A stretch of DNA of 26,348 nt from positions 1 to 26,348 of the forward strand of contig JBHGNT010000428.1 of NCBI GenBank assembly GCA_043228905.1, given 5' to 3'. Shown piece by piece: positions 11,301 through 22,816 of the stretch (the first letter of the stretch is position 1; each line of letters starts with the position of its first letter). Below the pieces are notes generated by a model, which made no database searches, was not told the origin of the DNA, and saw nothing but the letters and a program-made list of their open reading frames with translations. The DNA comes from Azolla caroliniana (lineage: Eukaryota > Plantae > Polypodiophyta). Made by a program: the position numbers and the translations under genes.

Positions 11301-13426
11301 TTCACTTCATTCCCAATGATTATCCTATGATGTCATGCCCAATGACCATTTACCCAGACAATTTTCATGTTTAATTAGTCACCTTTCTTCTGACGAGGGG
11401 TTATTCTCCTTTTGTTTTGCCACCAATGCAAGATCCTCTACAATCAAAAACACCTAGAAAGAAAACAGAAACTGGAAGTTAAAATTATTATGAATAGTCA
11501 AAGCATTTGATTACAGTATGTTACTGATGTACAATAGTCATAAATGTGTTTGAATGAAATTTGTGTGTGGGATTCAATTATTTAACACTGATTAATGAAT
11601 ATGCTTTTAGTTAATTATTTACCTATTTACATCTAATGATGTCACAATACCTTATGAATGCTCTTGCTTGTGGTCAATGCTGCTTCATAATCCCGATCGC
11701 AAGAATTCTCTACTGCATTAAAAAAGTTGTTCATTCGTCCCTCATCACTTGCATGGGGTAAGCTTCCAGCTTCTACAAACCTTCTCCACTAATATAGAAA
11801 AATCAGTGAGTTACAAGGATATACAAACATCTGAACGAGTATTTTCTGTCACACATTTGAAATATTCTGATAGTGTCTTAGATTTGCTAATTCCCTCATA
11901 AACGTCAATAAACTCAACCTCAAGTGCAAACTGTATATTTAAATATGTAATGTGGGTTGAAAACATAACAATTCATACTAGTCATCAAGCAAACCCATTC
12001 AAAAATATTTCTCTGATAGGAAGCTTCTACTGTCTAAACTGCAGACTGGGTATAGCCAACAAGCCAGTATTGATTTTTGCATTCTCTTAACATAAACAGG
12101 GGATAGACTTGGAATGCACATAAAAGTCACCTCAACATCTGATGCACACTATGCCACTTCAAATGAACATTCCACATGAATTCAAACAGGGGGTAGACTC
12201 TGAATGATATTTCTTAAAGCTGTTACACACATGTGGATGAGTGTGTTGGCAATCGGTATACATCATTCCTCTCCTTCAGTGAAGGTTCAGTCATACTTAC
12301 TTCATCCGCATTAGCTGCTGTAGCATTAAAATCTGCAAGAGCTTTAGATCTCCAATTGAAAAAGCTGAGTAAACCTTCCTTTTCAATTAAAATGCGTTCA
12401 TGTTCAACTTTCAAGCGAGCCTGCTCTACTTCCCATGCTATTCTTGCCTCCTCTTCAAGTCGCTTTGCCTCTTCCTCAGCAAGCCTTCTCTTTTCTGAAA
12501 AATCACATCACACATTTCTCATGGGAAAATACAAAGAACACAATTTTATAGCATCTATAAGCCATGGCTCAGACTTATTGACCTTCAGCTAGTCTTTTTG
12601 CTTCCTCTTTCTTTTTTTCTGCATGTAGAACAAATTTTTTATGTTAGTCTAAAGCTTAGTGATAAAAACTAACAATATGTTTACATTGTGTTATCCATAT
12701 ATCTACCCATATGATCATAAATTCATTCAGATATGGAATGTCCTGCTTTCATTATTTGATTCCACTAAAAAATTTGAGAATTCAAGAAAATGGTTTACCT
12801 ATCAATTTCCCAGGGGTTTAGAGGTCAACAAAATGCCTTTATTACCAACAATGGTGATTGATTAGTTGAATTAACGGGATCAAAGTCCAACACAAATGTG
12901 TACGATTTCTGATGAATTTCAACAAACATTTACAGCATTTTCCCCACAATTTCCTATCACTTCATACACTCGAAATGAAACTCAGATGATCAGCAAGGAA
13001 ACTTTTGTTTTCCCAAATATCGAATTCGTATAGCAACCATATCCTATTCCCAGTGATCGAATTCAACTGAAAAAAATTACATGGAGCGTAATTGAACTCG
13101 AAAGGAATAAATGCGTCGCAAAAAATGTACAAATCTTCTGTCAAACAATGTTTGCACACACAAAATTATAGATAAATGAAATATATGTGTATAGCTTCAC
13201 AAAAGAAAAGAGATTTAAAGAAAATAGGAGAAACAAAGAGAATGGAAGGGGAAGCAAGCCCTGAACGGTCAACTCTTCATAAAAGACATTGGCAGACATG
13301 TGAATAAAAAACACATGTAGAAAACCAGAGAGAAAGACGGATGAAGGAACCTTTTAGTTGTTTTTTGAGGGCCTTTAGGTCTTGCTTGCTTAGTTTCTGG
13401 TTGTTCTGAGGTGCCTTTGGCGGCAT
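5397..13426 (-). CDS. DNAI7: Dynein axonemal intermediate chain 7-like (CASC1/IC97/CFAP94), inner-arm I1/f subunit; 15 exons, ~656 aa
   Basis: Phase-consistent GT-AG exons: 13426-13351, 12618-12583, 12494-12301, 11788-11651, 11453-11383, 11065-10990, 10843-10604, 10459-10384, 10237-10071, 9316-9209, 7406-7209, 7089-7018, 6724(or 6745)-6566, 6261-6163, 5657-5397. The protein starts MPPKAP with a K/E/R coiled coil (EEKRRLAEEEAKRLEEEAR). Then come WRRFVEAGSLPHASDEGRMNNF, IDQTTASLL, LWINHAKNPRVR, GGIFVLDVLAIPP..KGW, IGWWNE..W, YYPYQSW, SSKWN, FHASIL and LRLFSF, which match CASC1-family motifs as I recall them. Confidence 0.88.
7492..7805 (-). mobile_element. 5'-truncated L1-type LINE fragment (ORF2 C-terminus plus A tail) in DNAI7 intron 10
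   Basis: The minus strand reads ERPAQIISGIWTEIVHNLRGSLDNIKGNTQ*AELKRLMFHAIWDKGIFYRQISDKVEWFNST. It is followed by a short 3' region and an A8 tail (T8 at 7492-7499 on +). This resembles the Trp-patterned end of plant L1 ORF2. No clear TSD. Confidence 0.55.
8765..8990. repeat. Imperfect ~120-bp tandem duplication in intron 10
   Basis: ATTTCATGT..GGCTTCCAATGTGGTTTAGTA.AGAAA.TGGAGTCATTCTCCTGCC..ATGCACAT..ATTCAATTTC occurs at ~8765-8856 and ~8885-8990. Confidence 0.9.
11181..11295. repeat. Perfect 40-bp direct repeat in intron 5
   Basis: AAACATAGAGTACATAGGAAATGTCAAATACTAATTTTTA at 11181-11220 and 11256-11295. Confidence 0.95.
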
Positions 13427-14898
13427 GGTCTCGTCGCATTAATTAAACAGAAGACAGAGAGAGACAGAGACAGAGACACAAAAATGGAGACGAGAAGAAA
13501 CAGTTACAAAAATCGTGACCAACCAAATTGTTTGTTTGGTGTTTGTTTTTAAGACCGGTTAGTTCCTCCAATTTACATTTCTGGCCCATCTCTCCTCTCT
13601 TTTAAAGGATTTTGTGGGTGGAGCCTAGGGTTGTGTCCACTTGAGACCTCTTTGGCTTTTGGTGGCCCACCACACCATACCACTAAAAAGTCATACATTT
13701 GAGAAAAACCAAAGAATCCTCACCGTATGGCTATGATGTCATTCCATCGCAATTGCTCTCCTATGGAAGTGTAAAACTCTCTCTATGATGTAACATTAGA
13801 AAATTTCCGATCTGCTATATTCTTGTCCCATAGCTTCTTCCATAGGTTAGCGATGGCAGGTCTCATCCTCCTCTCCTCGGGACCATACCAATCTCTCAAC
13901 CCTCATGTTACATCATACACATTTCATGGAGTTTCTCGTCTCGTCAACTTTTGCATATATATACCCATGAATGAATTGTTTATAAAAAGACATCTCCCGA
14001 GCTTAGCTCATATGATTGAGATGTGGGTAATTGCTTCTACTTTCTAGTGTCTGATTCGATGTGACCCCAACCCCCTCGAGCCGCACGTTTGAGCTTGCAT
14101 CTTATATCGTCAAAAGACTCTTCACAATTATAGTTTGACTGCATGCACACTATTCAATTGTTCCTAAGAAGAGTGGCATGTAACATTGACAATTTTTTCC
14201 ATGATATGCGGAGTAGCACCATCCTTTCATAGGCTATGCTAATAATGTGGATTGTTCTTGGTATACCATATGATTAACATATTTTTACTCAATAGTTAAC
14301 ACGAAATTTAACAATGCTTGAACCAGAATTAAATTTGTATGAATGACAATCAACTCATTGTATTATAGGCAATCTATTGTTTTGAGAATGCTTGTGCTTT
14401 GAGAAGCTAGAACACAGAGGCGATTTTTTTCTCTCTACTTTTCCTAAAAACGAGGTTTTTACCACTTCTATTCGTTGTTTTGATACATTATTGGTTAGTT
14501 TATACAATAACAAGCGTGTGTCACAACAAAGAGTTGCAAGTATAGGTTAGGTGTGACAATCTTACTAGCTATTCCAAGGCGTGCTTTACAAACCCCCACG
14601 GGTTTCATATGATCATTTACTTTTTAATTGACAGATAAGAAGCAATCTAAACTAACATGTGCTTTCCATCACCAATTTCTTGCTTTTATTATAATAATTG
14701 ATGGTTCCTTTTACAAAATACACATTATATAATCATTGATGTCCAAATGTTGAATTATTTTTCACAGAATGCTATAAAAAGTGCCTCATTACATCATTAT
14801 TGACACGAAGGTCCAGAAACATATCTGATCCAAATTTCTGTTGTCACGTTAGTTTATATGCATGTGAACACAATAAAATTGTCAAGCCTTCATCTATT

Positions 14899-16685
14899 CT
14901 ATGCGACGATAAAAGGAAGAACCATCAGCATAAAGGTTTGATAATCCAATGTTGCAGAGCCTTTCATTTGTTTGTCTTGCGCTTTAAATTTCTCGGTTAA
15001 TCCCTACAGGAACAAACACGAGATACATATACATATATATCTTAAACCACACCATTTGAGAAACTAATTGGGTATATATATGATCACCATTTTGGAAGAA
15101 AAAATAAATCATATTTGTTTATGCTTTTGCACTGAATCAACTATATGTCATATTATGCATACCTTAACAATCAGCCCACACCTGAAAAAACCACAAAAGA
15201 AAACAATACAACAGGTAAGCATCGTTATGCCTATATGAATGTTTTGACATTAAAAGGAATTAAAATTGATCCACATACTCCACGAAGCTGTCATAATCCA
15301 TCGCCTTTGCTTTTCCACTTCTATCATACTTTGATATAAGGCAATCAACAATGGGAGGTGAGATTGAATATCCAAGACTCAAAAGAGCATCTCGTATCTC
15401 GCCTTTATCGATCGATCCACTCTTGTCTCGGTCAAACCTCTCAAATATGCCCTATACCACAGATATTATGCAAAACAATCAAACTCCAAAGACATTACAA
15501 TCAAACCACACATTTGACACCTAAGTAAACATTTTGATTCCCTTTCAAGTCACATGCACGTTTAAAATAAATAAATAAAACATAAGATGCCTCATGATGT
15601 ATTCAGATGGAAGCAATGTTGATCATCACTACGTGAAAATTATCAATATATATGGTCAATTGCATCCACGCAAACACATCATCATCATCATTGTATAATG
15701 ATGTACGATCCCCACATTGATTAATTTACATTTGTATTGACTCATATCTCATTGTATAAGCGCAAATGAGATCATACACACTGCAACAAAATAAATTGTA
15801 AAGATGAACAAAACAAAAACTTGTGATATATAAAGACGACAGTATGCATATACCTTCCAATCTTTCAATGCCTTAAACAAGGTGACAAATTCCATTGGAC
15901 CTAAATCAAACGACATGAGATATTAAGTTAAATATTCCAGGCTCTTTCTTTGCATTGGTAATGCTGAAAAGAAGGCTATTCAATGAGCAGGGCATAATCC
16001 ATCCGAATGCCAAATGATGTATGTGATCTATACCCGAATTTGTTAATACTTTCAAATAAGCAGTAAATGAGATTTATCACCACAATTTGTTGATGTTGTA
16101 TATGCCAAGGGCAGGAATAACATAAACAAATGGTGTAAAAACACAGAAACATTTGGCCCTAATGGACCTCAGCTGCATATACCAGAATTAAAACTACAAA
16201 GTTATTAAAATCTAGTATATACCAAGTTTGGTAGCATTATTCGATCCGAACATGTGGATCATCAGGCGTACGGTGCGAACACTGAAAGGCTGAGAATAAG
16301 ACAAGACTCGCTGAAGCTCGAATTCGTCAGCACTTCCGCTTCCATCTCGATCCGCATCCTGGAACAGACGCACAACCTCAGGATCGGTTCCCGGAGGAAA
16401 CAGATGATAGTTCAAACCACCCTGCGGAGGAGGATACCCCGAGTGAGGAGGAGGAGGATATGCCGAATTAGGAGGAGCAGGATATGCAGACGAGTGAGGA
16501 TATCCTGAAGGCTGAGGATATGCAGAAGATTGAGGATATCCTGAAGGCTGAGGATATCCCATCGGAGGAGAAGTCAAATTAGGGTTTTGCTGTTGCCATG
16601 GTGATGAAGATGGTGGTGGTGGTGGCCCATAGCCACTAGTGCTCTGCTGTGGTGGCCATGAAGGATTCTGATTGTATTTAGACAT
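14899..16685 (-). CDS. Penta-EF-hand calcium-binding protein (CML48/49/50, peflin/ALG-2-like); 5 exons, 268 aa
   Basis: Exons 16685-16223, 15900-15854, 15451-15279, 15181-15163 (19 nt) and 15003-14899, all GT-AG and phase-consistent. A Pro/Gly/Tyr-rich N-terminus is followed by FPPGTDPEVVRLFQDADRDGSG, GPMEFVTLFKALKDWKGIFERFDRDKSGSID, MDYDSFVECGLIVKGLTEKFK and YQTFMLMVLPFIVA*, typical of plant CML49/50. Confidence 0.93.
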
Positions 16686-16753
16686 ACTACCGATAGGATG
16701 ATGAAAATGATGAACTGAGGTTTTCTGATTATTGCTGCTTCTGCTCGCTCTGT

Positions 16754-16788
16754 TTCTTCTTCTTCTTCTTCTTCTTCTTCTTCTTCTC
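16754..16788. repeat. (GAA)n microsatellite in the 5' leader of the penta-EF-hand gene
   Basis: TTC run ~70-100 bp upstream of the ATG at 16685. Confidence 0.9.
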
Positions 16789-17213
16789 CTTCTCCTTGCT
16801 CTGTTTCTTCTTAACAAATATCTGTCATTGACTTTTGAATTGCTATATTTTGAGGAAATACTAAAAATGTCCCCTCTGTCAGGTATTATCTAGTTTCTTT
16901 GACATTGTTAATTTGTTGGAAGGATCTTGTTGATCCGAGACTTGAGTTTTATTTAAACCCAACTTTGCACGATCTTATATTTGATCCATTATGTGGAAAT
17001 TCTCGACAACATGTTTTGTTCGATAGGGTTCACAAGTTTGAGTATTACACTTAATAGCAATGCTCGACCCTAGATCATGTTTGAGTTCTCGTTCCCCGCA
17101 TAATTAACGTTTATCGATTGCAATGCTCATTATTAGAATTTTCGAACATGAAGAGTTAATTACCAACTCCACATGTACTCACAACAAGAAATTATTTCAA
17201 TACAATCCCATGA

Positions 17214-17400
17214 TTCACATTTGATATTGAAGATTGGGTGCTTATCTATGACCCAAGTAGGTATATAGGATGGCTTGACCACCTTTAATAATAAATGGGT
17301 TGAGGGTCCAACATCGATGTAATAAATTAGTAAAGTTGTACAATAGAGCAGGAACCAATGACGAGGGTCATACCTCATTCAGTCAGTTAAGTCTCAAACA
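17214..17400 (+). mobile_element. Degenerate Ty3/gypsy integrase C-terminal (GPY/F region) remnant
   Basis: FTFDIEDWVLIYDPSR, then after a +1 frameshift FNNKWVEGP..ISKVV...RGSYLIQ. This follows the F.xGDxVLxxD...KWxGPYxIxKV...GSYxL pattern. Several stops. Confidence 0.45.
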
Positions 17401-17902
17401 CATCCATATATAACATTTTCAAAGCAAAACTCCAAAGTATATTACATTCAACATTAAAGTTGTAAAGGATAAAAAGGTCAAGCAAAATACGTAGAAATGA
17501 TAGTGACACAATGTTATCTACAAGTTGTCACGTGAAATTGGGCCCTTCACCTAGAAATCATACATATATCTCTATTTCCCATTAGATGACGCTAAAAAGG
17601 GAGAATTCCACTTGGCACAGAGGAACAATATTAATCTAGGTTTTCAAGAACCATCATTCTTAATTTGATAGTTAATCCCCCTTGTACATGCCTAGGTTTT
17701 TGGCAAAGGAGTCTTATGATATTTTAATATTTTAATAAATTTCTTTTTTTGTGTCAAGGTGCAAAATTTTCAATCCAAATCTTGTCCACAACGTTCCCTT
17801 TTGATGCATGACATAAACTTAATCTCCTTCTTTTGATTTTCATGTATATTATGATTTATCCTTACATAAGCTATATGATGTCATTAACTATGAATTTGTC
17901 AA

Positions 17903-19834
17903 CTATGTTGTTGGGTTTTTCCATGTACTCTCATTGAGCTTTTTGGCTACTGAATAATCGACTAGGTCATCAAAGAAACGTTTTCCGACCACTACATTGT
18001 TATGTGTTTTACAATTAGTTAGCAACGACATCCATCCTAGAAGATTGAACTCAAAAGGGATTGTCAAAAGAATTTCTTCGGCTAAATGCAAATAGCCCAC
18101 TCGGCCCAAAACGTCCACCATGCAATTGTAAAGCTCTACAGTTGGGGGAACACCATCAGATTCCCTTGCTGATCTGAATAAAGAACATCCCTCATCTAAA
18201 AGTCCTTGTTGACTGCATAGTGACAACATGGGAACAAACGTGACATAAATCGGATCAACTCCCCCTTCTCGCATCTTTCGAAAATAATCAAAAGCCAGAT
18301 TGTACTCACAATTTTCAGATATTCCAGAAATCATAGCATTCCATGTCCATGTGTCATGGCTCGACATGCTGTTGAAGACATGACATGCGTCCCGGATGTT
18401 TCCACATCTAGAGTACATGTAAATTAGAGTGTTATTAATGACTGTGAGAGATTCATGTCCAGCTTCGACTATGTGTGAATGTACGCATCGGCCAGATTCG
18501 AGCATTGTCATTATGGAGCATGCTTTTGAAGCAATAACAAATGTTGCTTCATCTGGTTTGCAACAATGATATTGGCACATCTTGCTGAAAAGACAAAGGG
18601 CTTCCCACCCAAGTCCATGTTGTGTATACCCAGCCATCATAGCATTCCATAACGCCACATCTTTCCTATACAAGTTATCAAATATATTTTGTGCATCTTC
18701 AAGCCCACCACATCTTGTGTACATGTCGATTAAACTACTACTTATGAATGTGTTTAATGTAACATTGTTTCTTACGATGTAGCTATGTATGAGCATGCCC
18801 CCATCAAGAACAAATATGTTGGAGCATGCTTGCATAATGGCAACCAGTGTTAAGTTGTTCGGTTTCACATTGTGCTTGGGAAGTCGAGTGAATAATTGAA
18901 GAGCCTCTTCAAAATGTTCACAACTAATGAAACCCGTTATCATTGCATTCCATGTAGCCACGTCTTCTTTGGAAAGTATTTCAAATGTTCTCCATGCATC
19001 TTCGAGGTTTCCTCTCTTGGCATATATATCAATAAGCATGCTCCCGATATATGCATTCAATTCAAACCCATTCTTTATTATGCATATGTGAACAAATTTA
19101 GTTTGATCAGGGGCTGATTCAGAGCACGCTTTTAAGAGGCTCACAAATGTAACACTATTTGGCCTGACATTTCCTGATCTTTGCAAGTATATATAGTATT
19201 TGATGGCCTCTAGACCATGCCCATTGTGTAGAAAAGCAGTTATAATTGCATTCCAAGACACAATATCTTTCTTATTTGATGTATTTTTGAACACCGAAGA
19301 GGCATTGTGGATGCTACTTAAATTTCCATACATGACAATAAGAGTGTTCCCTACATGCACATCAATCTCCATACCAATCTCGACAATATAGGCATGAATT
19401 AACATACCATCTTCGACATGAATACACGCTTTCAAGACTGAAACAAGAACAAAGCTGTTGGATTGTAAATCCATGCCTTGGAAGAGTTTCATAGCTTCTC
19501 TGTTTTGTCCTGTTTTCACAAATGCATCGATACTCAGGCTCCATGTCCATGGGCTTCTTTCTGGGATCTTGTTAAAAATCCATGTAGAATCTTCTGATAA
19601 GGACTCACCACACAGGATGAACATGCCTATGAAGTGGGTGCCTAGGAACGCATTCAATTCTAACCCTCTCATCGTGACGAGTGAGTATAGATCTCTTCCT
19701 CCCACTAGATCCTTCTTCTTAATCAAGATCTGTAGCAGCCCATAGATTGCATGAGGAGAGGCTACAGAATGTGTGATCATCAGGGATGGATCGATCCTAG
19801 TACCTGCCCTTCTATGTTCCTCTGTTTTCCACAT
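17903..19834 (-). CDS. PLS-class pentatricopeptide repeat protein with partial E domain, no DYW (643 aa, intronless)
   Basis: Repeated P-L-S triplets (VSWNAIITAF, PNSVTFVSLLKAC, IGSMLIDIYAKRGNLEDA, ISSSLIDMYTRCGGLEDA, NNTLIYMYSRCGNIRDA), then YNCMVDVLGRVG and the E1-like WMSLLTNCKTHNNV. The stop follows ~25 aa later. Confidence 0.95.
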   Translation of the reverse strand: MWKTEEHRRAGTRIDPSLMITHSVASPHAIYGLLQILIKKKDLVGGRDLYSLVTMRGLELNAFLGTHFIGMFILCGESLSEDSTWIFNKIPERSPWTWSLSIDAFVKTGQNREAMKLFQGMDLQSNSFVLVSVLKACIHVEDGMLIHAYIVEIGMEIDVHVGNTLIVMYGNLSSIHNASSVFKNTSNKKDIVSWNAIITAFLHNGHGLEAIKYYIYLQRSGNVRPNSVTFVSLLKACSESAPDQTKFVHICIIKNGFELNAYIGSMLIDIYAKRGNLEDAWRTFEILSKEDVATWNAMITGFISCEHFEEALQLFTRLPKHNVKPNNLTLVAIMQACSNIFVLDGGMLIHSYIVRNNVTLNTFISSSLIDMYTRCGGLEDAQNIFDNLYRKDVALWNAMMAGYTQHGLGWEALCLFSKMCQYHCCKPDEATFVIASKACSIMTMLESGRCVHSHIVEAGHESLTVINNTLIYMYSRCGNIRDACHVFNSMSSHDTWTWNAMISGISENCEYNLAFDYFRKMREGGVDPIYVTFVPMLSLCSQQGLLDEGCSLFRSARESDGVPPTVELYNCMVDVLGRVGYLHLAEEILLTIPFEFNLLGWMSLLTNCKTHNNVVVGKRFFDDLVDYSVAKKLNESTWKNPTT

Positions 19835-21470
19835 GGATGATGGTAACAGTGAGGGGTTTTCTATTCATTTTGAGGGTATAAGTAGGATATGAGAACCCAA
19901 GAGCCATAGCAGGAGCCCAAGTGTGAAAGAAGCCATGCTTCTTATACCCATTCCTTCCTTCCTTCCATACATTTTGTTGCGAATGAACCCACCAACCAAT
20001 TATCGCTCCCCGATTGATTCACGGGTTTATGTTCGCCGCGTAATACATTCTCTTGCAAAACGAAACTTTGTATCTACTTTTAGGGTACTAGGCTCGAGCC
20101 TCTGACCAAATTGGGATTTTTATTGGTTCGGTTGTAAAACCTCGTGATTTCTCGCTTGAAGATTATGGGTTCCGAGTCCCGAGCAATGCGTTGCCATGAC
20201 TAAAAATGAAATGCTCCATATTTGGTTGTCTTCGATCGGTAGCACTAATGGTTGGTTCCTCGACGTTTTTGGCCTTTATACAGTACATGTATACTAAAGT
20301 TCAATCCCAAAGCATTGTGTTCATACATCATTCATTATAAGACATCTATGGGGCAATATGGTCCTACAAAATTTGTTGATGATTGATTCGTGATCATAGT
20401 TTGCTAAGTTTTAAATCACGACGCATCGAATTGATGGTGCTTTACCACCCTCTCAACAATGTCGATTTACTAGACAACCTTTCTTTGTTTAAACAATCAA
20501 ACTAACTGTTTCACATACTCTTATCATTGTGTTTGAGCAACGTCAAATTTGTTGGGTTAAACCTCATACATTTCAAGACGAAATATAGTGTATTTTCTTA
20601 TGTATTTCAGAATTACTGATTTTTCTCAAGTATATCTATTCGTGATGTTCTCATTAAGTCATGTTCATTCAAAAAAATGCCTCATCTTTTATTGTTTATC
20701 ATTCGTGCAAATAGGTTGCCCCTAAACATACGGCTTTGCAAATCACTTTCCACAACCCAATGTTGGTGTCGTTGTGAAATGCCATCGCCTTTTATGCTTA
20801 TTGTTTGCACTAATTGGTTGCTCCTAAAAATTTGGCTTTTGCCTTAAAAAAGTAAATTGGTTGCGGTCACAAGTTGAATGAATGGTTAAAAATAGACTCT
20901 ACATATTGAAAAACAAGGTTTTGAAATAGTAGATGTGCAAATTTTCCCACACGACAATTAATGGTAGTTGGCTAATCACCGTCGCTTAGTGATGGATGGG
21001 AGTTTTGGTTCCGAGAGAAAGGAAAATGAGATGGAACATAATATTAAATTTATATTTGTTCTATATGAGCAATGGTTGCTTAGCCATTTGCATCAACAAC
21101 TAGACCAAATTAGGATGTCAAGAAAGCCACATGTAATGCTTAATGTTGAACATTTAACCTTTGGCTTATTATGTTGGAAAGCTACGAGTCGGTAAGAAAA
21201 TTTACCAATGCATTATAAATTGGACCTTCAACAAAATGACATTGATTGTTTTTAAAAAAAAGGTCACATCACGTATTTTGATTTTGCACGCTACGAATGC
21301 TGACAAATCAAAAAAGAGTTGTTGTATATTGATAGAACAATATACGATGTGCATCACATGATGTTTCAAGTTACTTTAGATATAAGTTGTAGATAAAATC
21401 ATTTATCATACAATGGCTAGCTTTATATGTATTTTACTGTTGACGACGAAAAATATTGCTTTGAAAAGGG

Positions 21471-21620
21471 ATAAAGACTACTAAACACAACCATCATGTT
21501 TTTTTTTTCCCTTGGACAACAAGAACTTTGAATGATGTCACACATGGTTTAGAAGTACTTAAATATTTTAATCACATGAACGAAATCAATTACACCTATG
21601 TTTGGGATTGTATGAGATAA
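21471..21620 (+). pseudogene. Degenerate FAR1/Mutator-like transposase fragment
   Basis: One frame reads IKTTKHNHH...WTTRTLNDVTHGLEVLKYFNHMNEINYTYVWD. This resembles the HNH end of the FAR1 DNA-binding domain and the following RxL...LxYFxxMxxxNxxFxY segment of MULE transposases. The spacer is shorter than usual and the flanks are riddled with stops. Confidence 0.4.
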
Positions 21621-22816
21621 GGATTCCATTGAAACATGACCATGAGCCAATTGAAAGTCACATTAGCATTTCCTTGATCACCTAAGGTTTTCCCTTCTAT
21701 TGTGTGGGTATAGTGTACGTCTCATGTGTTTCCTAAGAATCTTGAAGTAATGAATCGAACATTGAACCATAACATATAATTTTGACAGCAAGAAAATGAC
21801 CCATTAGAGTGTAGGCACATTGTTTGGATTATATTCAAAACCTCGATGTCTTTTTATGAAAAAAACGACGGCATAGATTCCTAATAATATAGTTGATACA
21901 TGCATAAACATATCAACCTAAACCCGAGAAATATTTTAAAAGCGTATTAAAAGCTAGTTGGACACATTGTGGTTATAGGTTAATGTTATGTTTAGATTTC
22001 CTTTTGTAAGGATATCATGCACCCAATGAGAACTTTGGATACATTCAGATGGATCGCACCTCAGAATAGCTTGGCATATGAATATGTTCAACATAAAACC
22101 ATCAAAATGATTACTTGGATACTGTTGAGTTCAAATCATATGTGACACTTATGCTCTGCTGCAATATGCCAAAAATTTGTTTGGGTCATGTCACTCGCTA
22201 TCATGTAATCAACATCACACCTTTACAAACATACTTTAGCATCAAGTTGGAGACTATCCTAAAGATGTTGGGTCATTTGTCATCTCACATGCACCTCACC
22301 CCCTTTGGATACATATACCAACACCCATCGTGAGCCTAGCCTATGTATCTTTTACTCAAAGCCACAACATATACATTTATGTAATTGTGGAACCTAGTTT
22401 ATGTGTTGGCATTGAACTCCCAACCCATAGCAACCCTAAAAATTGAGCTCCAATATGCATAACCGTATGGTGGGCTCCAATGGGCATCAGAGACGTGTCT
22501 CAACTAGTTAGCTTGCTTTAGGTATCTAACATGTAAGCGAATATCTATTTAAGCCCATATTCTTTGCACATCTCTCTTGTTTGATGGTACGGTACAAACA
22601 AATATCTGCATGTGCGAATACTTTTGTATGCAAAAATCAGGTAGGTGATTGATGAGAGCCTCTCACTGAAGAGCTAGAGACCCAATAAGAAGCCAAGAAT
22701 GGGCCAACATAGGGAAATGGGAGTGCAATGGGGCAGGGACGAAAGCTTGTTGCGGCCACAAGTGGGTAACATCACTAGATCACTACAATCTAATGCAAGA
22801 GAGAGGGAGAGAGAGA

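Noticed and set aside
13426-16685. Functional cluster of a Ca2+ sensor with a flagellar dynein gene
   Set aside because: Adjacency alone is not evidence in a plant genome, and CML49/50-type genes are also present in non-flagellated plants
16686-16817. Poly-Arg N-terminal extension of the 201-aa ORF
   Set aside because: Starts at TTG and is just the translated (GAA)n leader; the family-consistent start is the ATG at 16685
20109-20145. AATTGGG...GTTGTAAAACC as a possible decayed partner TIR for the right repeat
   Set aside because: Only the GGG end and an ~8-bp core match, which is within chance. Kept only as an alternative to test by alignment.
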